A model generated the notes under the pieces. That model was not told the origin of the DNA and did not search any database. It saw only the letters and a list, made by a program, of their open reading frames with translations. Shown here piece by piece: positions 12,108 through 21,407 of a stretch of DNA of 64,000 nt; positions within the stretch are counted from its first letter, which is position 1; each line of letters opens with the position of its first letter. The translations under genes were made by a program, and so were the position numbers. The stretch is from Gammaproteobacteria bacterium (GTDB lineage: Bacteria; Pseudomonadota; Gammaproteobacteria; Eutrophobiales; Eutrophobiaceae), in assembly GCA_965250225.1 (NCBI GenBank), contig CBDFNQ010000035.1, positions 129,641 to 193,640 on the forward strand. The letters run 5' to 3'.

Positions 12108-12129
12108 GTCGAATTGAAAACAACGGCGG

Positions 12130-12158
12130 ACTCTACCGATCCCCCTGGATATTGTCAA
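12130..12158 (-). promoter_or_regulatory. Candidate sigma70 promoter for the minus-strand sRNA
   Basis: Minus strand has TTGACA (12158-12153), a 17-nt spacer, then TAGAGT (12135-12130). It overlaps the rnr start codon region. Confidence 0.3.
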
Positions 12159-14326
12159 TGAGCAAACGCGGGCAAAAAAACAAACGCGGTTCGTCAGATG
12201 ATTACGAATACATCATTCCTGAGCGACAGCAAATTCTGGATTTTCTGGTTGAACATGGCCAGCCATGTGGTATTCGTGGGATTGCTGCAGCACTGATGCA
12301 GGAAGATCACAGTGAATCACGAAAGGCATTGCGTCGTCGTCTCAGGGCGATGGAGCGTGATGGGCAGATCATACGTAATCGTAAAGAAGGTTATGCCCCG
12401 ATCAATAAAATCGATTTGCTACAAGGAAGTATTATTGCGCATCCAGATGGTTATGGATTCATGGCACTGGATGAGGGTGGTGATGATTTGTTTTTATCCC
12501 CCAAACAAATGCGCAAAGTGTTGCACGGTGATCGGATCCTTGCTCGTGTTTTAGGGATCGATCATCGGGGGCGAAAAGAGGTCAGTATTGTTGAGGTGTT
12601 GGAGAGGGCTAATCAACGCGTGGTTGGCCGCTTTTCGAGGGACGGCCACATTGCTTATTTGATCCCGGATAACAAGCGTATTCATCAAGACATCATTATC
12701 CCAGATGGCAAACAAGGCGAAGCAAAGAAAGGTGATATTGTGGTTGCGGAGATTATTCAGCAACCCGATAAACACACACAACCGATAGGCCAGATTGTGC
12801 AAGTCCTTGGTAACCGTATGGAGCCAGGAATGGCTGTAGATATCGCAATACAAAATCACAACTTGCCCAATGACTGGCCGGAAGAGGTACTTGAGGAGAT
12901 TGCGAGGTTCGGTGAAGCGATCGATGATAAACAAATTAGTGGTAGAAAAGATATTCGTGATCTGGCTTTAGTCACTATTGATGGTGAAGATGCCAGGGAT
13001 TTTGACGACGCAGTGTACTGTGAACACCGGGGTCAGGAATGGCGGTTGTTGGTTGCCATTGCGGATGTTTCAAGTTATGTTTTACCAGGGACATCATTGG
13101 ATAATGAAGCGTATGAACGTGGAACTTCAGTTTACTTTCCCCAGAGAGTTATACCGATGTTGCCTGAAGTATTGTCGAATGGTTTATGTTCTTTGAATCC
13201 AAAGATTGATCGCCTGTGTATGGTTTGCGAACTGAGTATCGACAACAAAGGTAATATCAAACGAACAAAGTTTTATGAAGCCGTCATGAGTTCAGCCGCA
13301 CGATTAACCTATGATAAAGTTGCAGGAATATTAATTGATAACAATAAAGAGCTAAAGGAAGAATACAAATCTGTATTATCCCATCTATCTAATCTGTATC
13401 AGTTGTTCCAGTTGTTACATGAAAAACGTAAACAAAAAGGTATGCTGGATTTTGATACCAACGAACCCAGTTTCAAGTTTTCTGATGATGGTCATATCGA
13501 ATCGATCAGTTCTTATCAACGCAACGATGCACATAAAATGATCGAAGAATTTATGTTGGCGGCAAATGTAGCCTCGGCCAATTTCCTGATCGAAAAAAAA
13601 TGTCCGGCAATGTACCGGGTTCATGAAACTCCGAAAGAAGAAAAGTTAAAAGATCTGCGTGCTTTCCTGTCCGAACTTGGTTTGCAGCTGGCTGGGGGCG
13701 ATGAACCCGCCGCAATGGATTACGCAATGTTAATGCAGTCGATCAGTGATAGGGAGGATGCGCATCTGATTAACATGGTGCTATTACGCAGTATGCCATT
13801 GGCCGTTTATGATGCGACGAACCAGGGGCATTTTGGTTTAGCATTCGAGGCCTATACACATTTCACATCACCGATCCGTCGGTATCCTGATCTTATGGTT
13901 CATCGTGCTATAAAACATATGATCCAGAATGACGCTCCTGAAAAATTTTCTTATTCTCAAGCTCAGGTTCAAAAAATGGCTCAGCATTGTTCTGAAACCG
14001 AACGACGTGCCGAAGAGGCCTCACGTGAGGTTGTACGTTGGTATAAATGTAAATACATGGATGAAAAAATCGGTGAAGAGTTTCATGGAACCATCAGTTC
14101 AGTTACCTCGTTTGGATTATTTGTTGAGCTCGATGAGATATTCATTGAAGGGCTGGTTCATGTGACAGCATTGCTTCCTGAGGATTATTATCACTTTGAA
14201 GCAGTCGCCCATCGTTTACGAGGCGAGCGTAAAAACCATGTTTTTCAATTGGGCAATCGTCTTAAAATCAAGGTGGTGCGTGTTGATCTTGAAGATAAGA
14301 AGATCGATTTTGAATTGGTGCAGTAA
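12158..14326 (+). CDS. rnr: Ribonuclease R
   Basis: Cold-shock-like N-terminal domains, an RNB catalytic domain (IDGEDARDFDDAV, HFGLAFEAYTHFTSPIRRYPDL) and a C-terminal S1 domain (GTISSVTSFGLFVEL). ATG 12158 is preferred over TTG 12152. Confidence 0.95.
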   Translation: MSKRGQKNKRGSSDDYEYIIPERQQILDFLVEHGQPCGIRGIAAALMQEDHSESRKALRRRLRAMERDGQIIRNRKEGYAPINKIDLLQGSIIAHPDGYGFMALDEGGDDLFLSPKQMRKVLHGDRILARVLGIDHRGRKEVSIVEVLERANQRVVGRFSRDGHIAYLIPDNKRIHQDIIIPDGKQGEAKKGDIVVAEIIQQPDKHTQPIGQIVQVLGNRMEPGMAVDIAIQNHNLPNDWPEEVLEEIARFGEAIDDKQISGRKDIRDLALVTIDGEDARDFDDAVYCEHRGQEWRLLVAIADVSSYVLPGTSLDNEAYERGTSVYFPQRVIPMLPEVLSNGLCSLNPKIDRLCMVCELSIDNKGNIKRTKFYEAVMSSAARLTYDKVAGILIDNNKELKEEYKSVLSHLSNLYQLFQLLHEKRKQKGMLDFDTNEPSFKFSDDGHIESISSYQRNDAHKMIEEFMLAANVASANFLIEKKCPAMYRVHETPKEEKLKDLRAFLSELGLQLAGGDEPAAMDYAMLMQSISDREDAHLINMVLLRSMPLAVYDATNQGHFGLAFEAYTHFTSPIRRYPDLMVHRAIKHMIQNDAPEKFSYSQAQVQKMAQHCSETERRAEEASREVVRWYKCKYMDEKIGEEFHGTISSVTSFGLFVELDEIFIEGLVHVTALLPEDYYHFEAVAHRLRGERKNHVFQLGNRLKIKVVRVDLEDKKIDFELVQ

Positions 14327-14334
14327 TCATTCCG

Positions 14335-15090
14335 ATGCCGAGAGAAAAAAAAGAATTTGTCTATGGTATTCATGCAGTGCGTTTTGCCCTGCAAGGTACA
14401 CCTGAATCTGTATTTGAACTTTGGGTCAAAGAAGATAAAAAACCATCTCATGATATTGTACAGATAAAAAAAATAGCGAAGAAAAATGCAATTTCTATCC
14501 AGACAGTCACCGCCAGGACATTAGAGGAAAAAACACACTCAAGCCAACATCAGGGGATTGCATTGTTAAGGCAAGCCCGTCATGTGAACAATGAAAATGA
14601 TCTGCAAAGTTGGCTCAAGGAGTACGAAGATAAACTGAAGTTATTTTTAATTCTGGATAATGTCCAGGATCCGCACAATCTCGGTGCTTGTCTGCGTACT
14701 GCTGATGCAGCCGGCGTCGATGGCATTATTGTTTCAAAAGATAATTCGGTGGGTCTAACGCCTACTGTTTGTAAGGTTGCGAGTGGTGCAGCGGAAACTA
14801 TTACCTTTTATACAGTCACCAATCTGGCTCGTACTATTCGACAATTAAAAGAACACAATATCTGGATCACAGGCACCGATGGAGAAGCAGAACAAAGTCT
14901 TTATCAAACCGACTTTACGTTATCCGTAGCTCTAGTTCTGGGTGCTGAAGGTCAAGGTTTGCGTGAAAACACACGTAAGCATTGCGATCAATTGATCAGT
15001 ATCCCCATGAATGGAACAGTGGAAAGTCTGAATGTTTCAGTTGCAACCGGTGTGTGTCTGTTTGAGGTGCTAAGACAGAGGAATAATTAA
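14335..15090 (+). CDS. rlmB: 23S rRNA (guanosine-2'-O)-methyltransferase RlmB (SpoU family)
   Basis: SpoU motifs LDNVQDPHNLGACLRTA, LVLGAEGQGL and ESLNVSVATG. The rnr-rlmB order is conserved. Confidence 0.92.
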   Translation: MPREKKEFVYGIHAVRFALQGTPESVFELWVKEDKKPSHDIVQIKKIAKKNAISIQTVTARTLEEKTHSSQHQGIALLRQARHVNNENDLQSWLKEYEDKLKLFLILDNVQDPHNLGACLRTADAAGVDGIIVSKDNSVGLTPTVCKVASGAAETITFYTVTNLARTIRQLKEHNIWITGTDGEAEQSLYQTDFTLSVALVLGAEGQGLRENTRKHCDQLISIPMNGTVESLNVSVATGVCLFEVLRQRNN

Positions 15091-15971
15091 TTTTTTTCTG
15101 AGTAATATTTTGTATCTTTCCAGCTCACTTTCCAGGATGTATTAGTCCAGAGTTTTATGCGAGTGAAAAAGTTATTGGGTTTTTTTACGGATTTCTTTTT
15201 TTTCGAGGCATGTTGAACTTCAGGTTTTGGTTTTTTTGTTTGAATATTTTCATTGATCTGCTCTTTTTCGCTTACAAGTTCGACTGACTCAACAATCATC
15301 GACATATCAGTCAGCTCTTTACCTGATTTGATATGATTTTTCTTTGTCAATAAATCATCGATCACCGTTTGTATTTGTGATCGTATCTGATCAGACAGGT
15401 TAGTATCGACCATTAAAAAGGAAAAATTTTTCAGCATGTCATCGATCTCTGAAGTTATATTGTTTCGATAGACCTTTTCTTTCATTTTAAGAGTGACAAT
15501 TCTATCTTTTATCGAATTCATCGGGACAATACATCTGAAAGGGGGTATTGGTTGCCCTCTTTCCTTTAGTAAAAGCCTTAATCCAATAGCGGTTTGAGAG
15601 TCTTTCTTGAATTCCTCAATCTCGGAACTTAAATCGTCAGAGAAATCAATTTGTTTTTCTTCTATTTCATCCTGGGATATTTCGATGAGTGTTTTATTGA
15701 AGACTTGGCTTAATGATTTTAGTACTTTGTGATCCAGGCTTCTCAGGACTTCTTTTACCATGTCTGTCGGGGAATCTTTCATCTGCTCCGACAGCATTGT
15801 GAGAAAATTCTGTATTTCATCGGGGATGTTGTAACTGATATTATCTAATAGTAGTACCGAGTTCAGACCATTCTTCATTTGTTCCAGGTCATTGGTTACG
15901 GCGATAAGCTTTTCCAGGGCCAGGCGCCTTTTTTGTAAGCTTTCGAGAGTTTCAGACTGATTATTGGACAT
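15087..15971 (-). CDS. Hypothetical acidic coiled-coil protein with a basic Trp-rich C-terminal tail
   Basis: 294-aa ORF with no recognisable motif. Lys-rich tail KKKKSVKKPNNFFTRIKLWTNTSWKVSWKDTKYY. The stop overlaps the rlmB stop (convergent). Confidence 0.5.
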   Translation of the reverse strand: MSNNQSETLESLQKRRLALEKLIAVTNDLEQMKNGLNSVLLLDNISYNIPDEIQNFLTMLSEQMKDSPTDMVKEVLRSLDHKVLKSLSQVFNKTLIEISQDEIEEKQIDFSDDLSSEIEEFKKDSQTAIGLRLLLKERGQPIPPFRCIVPMNSIKDRIVTLKMKEKVYRNNITSEIDDMLKNFSFLMVDTNLSDQIRSQIQTVIDDLLTKKNHIKSGKELTDMSMIVESVELVSEKEQINENIQTKKPKPEVQHASKKKKSVKKPNNFFTRIKLWTNTSWKVSWKDTKYYSEKN

Positions 15972-16163
15972 AAATTTACATAGATTGAATAAAAGCCGTT
16001 ACCTAAATATTTATTAATAGTAGAATGTTCCGACCGGGTTGACATTAAAAATTACCACTATGAATAGTATATCGGCCCATTATTCTGAAAATGCATATAA
16101 ACATAAGCGTACAATTTCATCAACGATTACATATTGTTAGATATTTGCAGTAATATTCAACAT

Positions 16164-17477
16164 ATGGTCAAACCTATTTCATCAGATTGGTTCAAGGATG
16201 ATCAGCAATTTATCTGGCATCCTTACAGTTCTTTCACCAATCCATTACCCGTTTATCCAGTCGAATCAGCAAAGGGCGTTCGTATCCGATTAAGCAATGG
16301 GCAGGAATTGATCGATGGCATGGCGTCGTGGTGGTGTGTGATCCATGGTTACAATCACCCCGTTTTAAACGCAGCTTTAAAACAGCAAATAGATTCCATG
16401 TCGCATGTTATGTTTGGAGGCTTAACACATGAGCCGGCTGCGCGACTGGCAGCCAAATTAGTAGAGTTAACGCCTGAACCATTACAAAGTGTTTTCTTTT
16501 CAGATTCCGGATCGGTCTCAATTGAAGTTGCTATGAAAATGGCAATTCAATATTGGCAGGCAAAGGGTCAAAAAACCAAACAAAAATTCATTAGTTTTCG
16601 TCAGGGATACCATGGCGATACTCTGGGGGCGATGTCTGTCTGTGATCCGGTCACGGGCATGCATAATTTATTTAATTCTATACTACCTAAACAGTTTTTT
16701 GTCTCTGCGCCTCAACCAGCTTTTGGTAAAAATTGTTCAGAGGGTCATTTAACCGAGGTTCGAAACACATTAGAGCAACATGCTGAGGAGATTGCAGCGC
16801 TGATCATAGAGCCCATTGTGCAGGGGGCAGGAGGCATGCGATTCTATTCCGCAGACTATTTGTCTGAGCTTAGAGAGATATGCACTGAATATGAAGTTCT
16901 CTTGATCCTGGATGAGATTGCCACGGGGTTTGGGCGAACTGGAAAACTGTTTGCCGCAGAACACGCGGAGGTGTCAGCCGATATTCTTTGTCTTGGTAAG
17001 TCCTTAACCGGTGGTTATTTAACTCTTGCTGCAACACTGACTACACGTGAAATTGCCGAGTGCATTAGCCGAGCTGAGCCAGGCCTGTTCATGCATGGCC
17101 CAACCTTTATGGCCAATCCTCTGTCTTGTTCAGTTGCTTTAGTCAGTATCGAACTTTTGGAGCAGTCTAATTGGCAAAAGAATGTTCAGAGGATTGAGCA
17201 GCATTTGCTCAGTAGCCTGGAAATTTGTCGTAATTATGACTGTGTCCTGGATGTACGAGTATTGGGGGCGATTGGTGTGATCGAGATGACGCGTCCTGTT
17301 GATATGAATAAAATCGTGCCGAAGTTTGTAGACGCTGGTATCTGGGTCAGGCCATTTGGTACTCTGGTCTATTTGATGCCTGCTTTTCTAATTAGTAATG
17401 CAGATTTAAACTATTTAACACAGTCTTTAATTGAGATATTGTCATCTGAGGATATTTTGCTCGATGAACATCAATAA
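16164..17477 (+). CDS. bioA: Adenosylmethionine-8-amino-7-oxononanoate aminotransferase
   Basis: Class III aminotransferase. WHPYSS N-terminus, LILDEIATGFGRTGKLFA, and the PLP lysine in LCLGKSLTGGYL. ATG 16164 is preferred over the track TTG 16134. Confidence 0.88.
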   Translation: MVKPISSDWFKDDQQFIWHPYSSFTNPLPVYPVESAKGVRIRLSNGQELIDGMASWWCVIHGYNHPVLNAALKQQIDSMSHVMFGGLTHEPAARLAAKLVELTPEPLQSVFFSDSGSVSIEVAMKMAIQYWQAKGQKTKQKFISFRQGYHGDTLGAMSVCDPVTGMHNLFNSILPKQFFVSAPQPAFGKNCSEGHLTEVRNTLEQHAEEIAALIIEPIVQGAGGMRFYSADYLSELREICTEYEVLLILDEIATGFGRTGKLFAAEHAEVSADILCLGKSLTGGYLTLAATLTTREIAECISRAEPGLFMHGPTFMANPLSCSVALVSIELLEQSNWQKNVQRIEQHLLSSLEICRNYDCVLDVRVLGAIGVIEMTRPVDMNKIVPKFVDAGIWVRPFGTLVYLMPAFLISNADLNYLTQSLIEILSSEDILLDEHQ

Positions 17478-17506
17478 GATACTGATTATATAAGATGTTT
17501 TAGCGG

Positions 17507-17535
17507 TTGCATGGCTCTTTGCCATGCTTTATCAT
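17507..17535 (+). promoter_or_regulatory. Candidate sigma70 promoter of the rpsF operon
   Basis: TTGCAT (17507-17512), a 17-nt spacer, then TATCAT (17530-17535), about 65 nt upstream of rpsF. Confidence 0.45.
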
Positions 17536-17602
17536 CGCGCCCTTATTTTCCTTGTCACACTGGCCCGCAACCGGGTGACTAATAATCCTAGAGGATATTA
17601 CA

Positions 17603-18127
17603 ATGCGACATTATGAAATTGTGTTTCTGGTTCATCCGGATCAGAGCGAACAAGTGTCTGGTATGGTTGACCGTTATCGTGCCACGATCGAAGAAAATGG
17701 TGGTTCTATTCACCGTCAGGAAGACTGGGGTCGTCGTCTTCTTGCTTATCCAATCAACAAAATCCACAAAGCGCACTATGTTTTAATGAACATCGAATGT
17801 GATCAAACGGCTCTGGACCAGTTAACCAGTGCGTTTCGCTTCAACGATGCTGTGATCCGGAATCTGGTTATCCTGAAAGACGATGCTGTCACCGAGGCAT
17901 CTCCACTGGCAAAATCAAATGAAGAACCTGAGCAGGATAGTCGTCCTTCCACGCCAGCTTCCAAAAGTGCCAAAGCCAATACGACCGAAGCCAATACGAC
18001 TGAAGCGAATACGACTGAAGCCAAAACTGATGAGCCGTCTGAAGATGATGCGCCGCCAGTTAATGAAGAAGAATCATCTGTAGAAGATTCTGCGCAAGTC
18101 GACAGCACTGATAATAAAGAGGAATAA
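17603..18127 (+). CDS. rpsF: 30S ribosomal protein S6 with an extended acidic, repeat-containing C-terminal tail
   Basis: [18 protein letters not shown]... is the canonical S6 core (about 100 aa), followed by a roughly 70-aa Glu/Asp/Thr-rich tail. Confidence 0.95.
   Translation: MRHYEIVFLVHPDQSEQVSGMVDRYRATIEENGGSIHRQEDWGRRLLAYPINKIHKAHYVLMNIECDQTALDQLTSAFRFNDAVIRNLVILKDDAVTEASPLAKSNEEPEQDSRPSTPASKSAKANTTEANTTEANTTEAKTDEPSEDDAPPVNEEESSVEDSAQVDSTDNKEE
17975..18034 (+). repeat. 15-bp in-frame tandem repeat (3 copies plus 1 degenerate) in the rpsF tail
   Basis: GCCAATACGACCGAA / GCCAATACGACTGAA / GCGAATACGACTGAA / GCCAAAACTGATGAG encode [20 protein letters not shown]. Confidence 0.9.
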
Positions 18128-18130
18128 ATT

Positions 18131-18355
18131 ATGTCACGTTATTTTCGTCGTAAACGTTATTGCCGTTTCACTGCTGAAGGTGTGAGTGAGATTGACTACA
18201 AAGATTTGAATACACTAAAGAATTACGTTAGTGAAACCGGGAAGATCGTCCCAAGCCGAATTTCGGGAACTAAAGCCAGGTACCAACGTCAGTTGTCCAC
18301 GGCCATCAAGCGTGCGCGGTTTTTGGCATTGATTCCTTACTGCGACTCGCACTAG
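18131..18355 (+). CDS. rpsR: 30S ribosomal protein S18
   Basis: [47 protein letters not shown] is canonical S18. It lies 3 nt after rpsF with no priB between them. Confidence 0.96.
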   Translation: MSRYFRRKRYCRFTAEGVSEIDYKDLNTLKNYVSETGKIVPSRISGTKARYQRQLSTAIKRARFLALIPYCDSH

Positions 18356-18440
18356 ATTTTTTATGCCAGTAACACTGGTGTATATAAACCAGGCAATGCG
18401 CCAGATAGCACGTTCGGCATTTGCTGATATTTTTTAAACC

Positions 18441-19367
18441 ATGCACGCACTTGGTCGGTATTTAACCCAGGGACGGTTGCAGGCAATCATTGGCCTGAGT
18501 TTTTTGACATTGATGTCTATGTTCATACCGCCACTGGCCTATGTGTTCAGTGGTGCATCGTTGGGCTTTATTACTCTAAGACAAGATCCTCAGATCACCC
18601 TGCAGGTGGTTATGGGGAGCATGACAGTAATAGTGATATTATTACTGATGACGGGGATCAATCCGACTGCACTGATCCAGTTTGTTCTGGGGATTTGGCT
18701 GCCTGTCATGAGTGCAGCCATTGTTTTACGGGTGACACAATCACAGGGATTAATGTTGCTGGGTGCTGGCTTTATTGGCTTCCTGTTTATATTGTTTATG
18801 CATTACAGGATTGAGGATATAGCAGCTGAATATCGTCAATTGTTTGAAGTGTTTTGGCAGCAACATATTCTGCCGGGTCTTGAGATCAATGCTAAGAGCA
18901 ATGAAATAGACGAACTGAAGCAAGTGTTCGATAAAACCATTCCTTATATGAATGGTATCAGAGCCTGTTTTATTACCACTGGCATAGCAATAACAGTGTT
19001 AGTGTCCCGTTGGTGGCAGGCAAAGGTATTTCACCCGGGCGGTTTTCGAAAGGAATTTTTTGCATTGCAATTGCCAAAGGTTTTACTTATTCCGTTGGCG
19101 GTCTGCTCCGGGATTGTATTTTCTGCTGCGCAGTTGGATGATTCCATTGCACGCGATTGTCTGATCTTGTGTATGGGGTTATATGTTTTTCAGGGCATTG
19201 CTTGTGTGCATGCCTATTGTGCAAGAAAAGAATTACAACGGGGCTGGTTGATCGGGATGTATTTGGCGTTAATATTTTCATCCGTATATGCTGTGATCAT
19301 CCTCGCTTGTATTGGTGTAGCCGATTCGGTTATAGGGCGAAAACTGCCTACGAATGATGTTTCATGA
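18441..19367 (+). CDS. Polytopic inner-membrane protein (DUF2232-like) between rpsR and rplI
   Basis: 308 aa with about 7-8 hydrophobic helices. It occupies the rpsR-rplI slot, as membrane proteins do in several gammaproteobacterial lineages. Confidence 0.6.
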   Translation: MHALGRYLTQGRLQAIIGLSFLTLMSMFIPPLAYVFSGASLGFITLRQDPQITLQVVMGSMTVIVILLLMTGINPTALIQFVLGIWLPVMSAAIVLRVTQSQGLMLLGAGFIGFLFILFMHYRIEDIAAEYRQLFEVFWQQHILPGLEINAKSNEIDELKQVFDKTIPYMNGIRACFITTGIAITVLVSRWWQAKVFHPGGFRKEFFALQLPKVLLIPLAVCSGIVFSAAQLDDSIARDCLILCMGLYVFQGIACVHAYCARKELQRGWLIGMYLALIFSSVYAVIILACIGVADSVIGRKLPTNDVS

Positions 19368-19415
19368 ATCAATATCCATGATTTAGTTTTTAAGTTATTA
19401 ATAGAGGTTATAGAG

Positions 19416-19868
19416 ATGGAAGTAATTTTACTTGAGAAAATTCAAAAGCTTGGCGAGCTTGGGCAGACTGTCAGTGTGAAACCTGGTTTTGGTCGCAATT
19501 ATTTGATCCCGGCTGGCAAAGCGGTTCCAGCAACAAAAGATAATGTTGAGCAGTTTGAAGCACGTCGCGCTGAATTAGAAAAAGCTCAGACCGAGGCACT
19601 GGGTATTGCTCAGGCAAGGGCTGATAAAATCAACGAATTGGTTATCAGCATTGCGCAAAAAGTGGGTACGGAAGGAAAATTATTTGGTTCCGTCACGCCA
19701 CACGATATCGCTGAAGCTGCGACACAGGCTGGTGTTGAATTGCAAAAAAGTGAAGTCCAGTTACCGGATGGGCCTTTCCGTGCAATCGGTGAGTATGAAG
19801 TTGCGATACATCTGCATGCGGATGTGAATGCAACTCTGAAATTGACAGTAGTCGCGGAAGAAGAATAA
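19416..19868 (+). CDS. rplI: 50S ribosomal protein L9
   Basis: [37 protein letters not shown] is the canonical L9 N-domain. Confidence 0.96.
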   Translation: MEVILLEKIQKLGELGQTVSVKPGFGRNYLIPAGKAVPATKDNVEQFEARRAELEKAQTEALGIAQARADKINELVISIAQKVGTEGKLFGSVTPHDIAEAATQAGVELQKSEVQLPDGPFRAIGEYEVAIHLHADVNATLKLTVVAEEE

Positions 19869-20000
19869 GTCGTATAATCTATACTGATGAGTTGGCTATC
19901 TAAACCAGCTCAGATTTACCGTTTTCACACAACCGAAGCTGCTGAGTTTTCTTCTAAACATCACAAGATTCGGTTCCAAAAGTCGATTCAGGGGATCTAA

Positions 20001-21407
20001 ATGCAGGATTTTGCCCAGCCACCAGAGTCAATGGATGCAGAAATTGCATCATTGAAAACACCGCCTCACTCGATCGAAGCGGAACAGGCGGTTTTGGGTG
20101 GTGTGTTGATTAACAATGAGGCCTGGGAAAAGGTCATTGAACGGATCCACGAAGATGACTTTTACCGCAAGGATCACCGCACCATATTTCAAGCTATTTA
20201 CTCTCTGGATGACGAAGGCAAACCGTTTGACGTTGTTACAGTGGCTGAATGGCTCGAAAATCATCAACTGCTTGAAGATGCGAGTGGTCTTAACTATATC
20301 GCAGCATTGGTTGATAACTGTTCTGGTACAGAGAATATCGCAGCCTATTCCGATATTATTCGCAAGCGTTCTGTCCTTCGGCAACTGATCAGAGCTACAT
20401 CTGAAATCAGCGAAAGTGTTTTTAATCCCCAGGGACGTAGCAGTGAAGAGCTTCTGGATTTTGCCGAACAGACAGTATTCGAAATTGCCGAACAGGAAAG
20501 TCGCGGTACTCGCACCTATAAGAGCATCAAGGACCTTTTGGTAACCGCGCTAGACAGAGTGGATGAACTGTTTCATCGTGACAGCCCGATAACGGGTATT
20601 GCAACTGGCTTCGATGATTTTGATGAACGCACAGCGGGGTTGCAAAACTCTGATTTGATTATCATTGCTGGGCGTCCTTCCATGGGCAAAACCGCTTTCG
20701 CTGTGAATATCGCTGAACACGCTGCAATTAAAGAAAAAAAATCGGTTGCCTTATTTAGCATGGAGATGCCAGGGGAACAATTGGCGATGAGGCTTATGTC
20801 ATCTCTGGGTCGAATCGATCAGCACAAGATCCGAACCGGTAAACTTAAAGATGAGGACTGGCCTCGATTGATCTCAGCTGTTGAGATCATGAAAGATTCA
20901 AAATTATTAATCGACGATACCCCCGCCTTATCACCCGCAGAATTACGTGCACGTTGTCGACGAATTCATCGTGAGCAGGGTCTAGATTTAATCGTAGTTG
21001 ATTATTTGCAGCTCATGCAAGTACCAAGTAATTCAGAAAACCGCGCAACCGAAATCGCTGAGATTTCACGCTCTCTCAAGGCCATGGCGAAGGAACTCAG
21101 TGTTCCTGTTGTGGCCTTATCGCAATTGAATCGTAGTCTGGAATCACGAACCGATAAACGCCCCGTGATGTCTGATTTGCGTGAGTCTGGTGCGATTGAG
21201 CAGGATGCAGACTTGATCGTCTTCATCTATCGCGACGAGGTCTATGATGAAGACAGTCCACATAAAGGTAAGGCCGAGATTATTATCAGTAAACAACGAA
21301 ATGGTCCAATTGGAACCGTGAAACTGGCTTTTCGTGGAAAATACACGCGTTTTGAAAATTTTACACCAGATAATTTCGATAATTTGATCCCGGATTTTGG
21401 GGAATGA
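20001..21407 (+). CDS. dnaB: Replicative DNA helicase DnaB
   Basis: PPHSIEAEQAVLGGVL N-terminal domain, Walker A GRPSMGKTAF, Walker B LIVVDYLQL. Length is normal, with no intein. Confidence 0.96.
   Translation: MQDFAQPPESMDAEIASLKTPPHSIEAEQAVLGGVLINNEAWEKVIERIHEDDFYRKDHRTIFQAIYSLDDEGKPFDVVTVAEWLENHQLLEDASGLNYIAALVDNCSGTENIAAYSDIIRKRSVLRQLIRATSEISESVFNPQGRSSEELLDFAEQTVFEIAEQESRGTRTYKSIKDLLVTALDRVDELFHRDSPITGIATGFDDFDERTAGLQNSDLIIIAGRPSMGKTAFAVNIAEHAAIKEKKSVALFSMEMPGEQLAMRLMSSLGRIDQHKIRTGKLKDEDWPRLISAVEIMKDSKLLIDDTPALSPAELRARCRRIHREQGLDLIVVDYLQLMQVPSNSENRATEIAEISRSLKAMAKELSVPVVALSQLNRSLESRTDKRPVMSDLRESGAIEQDADLIVFIYRDEVYDEDSPHKGKAEIIISKQRNGPIGTVKLAFRGKYTRFENFTPDNFDNLIPDFGE

Larger units (their letters stand above)
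11735..12123 (-). ncRNA. Candidate CsrB/Rsm-type (CsrA-sequestering) sRNA
   Basis: Non-coding gap with 17 GGA motifs on the minus strand between 11771 and 12086, mostly in A(N)GGA context. Four perfect hairpins present GGA in the loop (11761-11783, 11787-11806, 11952-11967, 12056-12071). A minus-strand terminator lies at 11734-11753. TTGACA-17-TAGAGT lies at 12158-12130. The 5' end is approximate. Confidence 0.55.

Noticed and set aside
11765-12161. Three overlapping plus-strand ORFs of 101, 88 and 64 aa, rich in Pro/Ser/Leu/Cys
   Set aside because: All three plus-strand frames are open at once because the region is C/T-rich on this strand. There is no SD and no family resemblance. The region is better explained as a structured GGA-rich RNA on the opposite strand.
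17803-18108. 101-aa ORF antisense to the rpsF tail
   Set aside because: It is an artefact of the repetitive acidic-tail coding sequence, which reads as Ser/Val/Ala-rich on the opposite strand.
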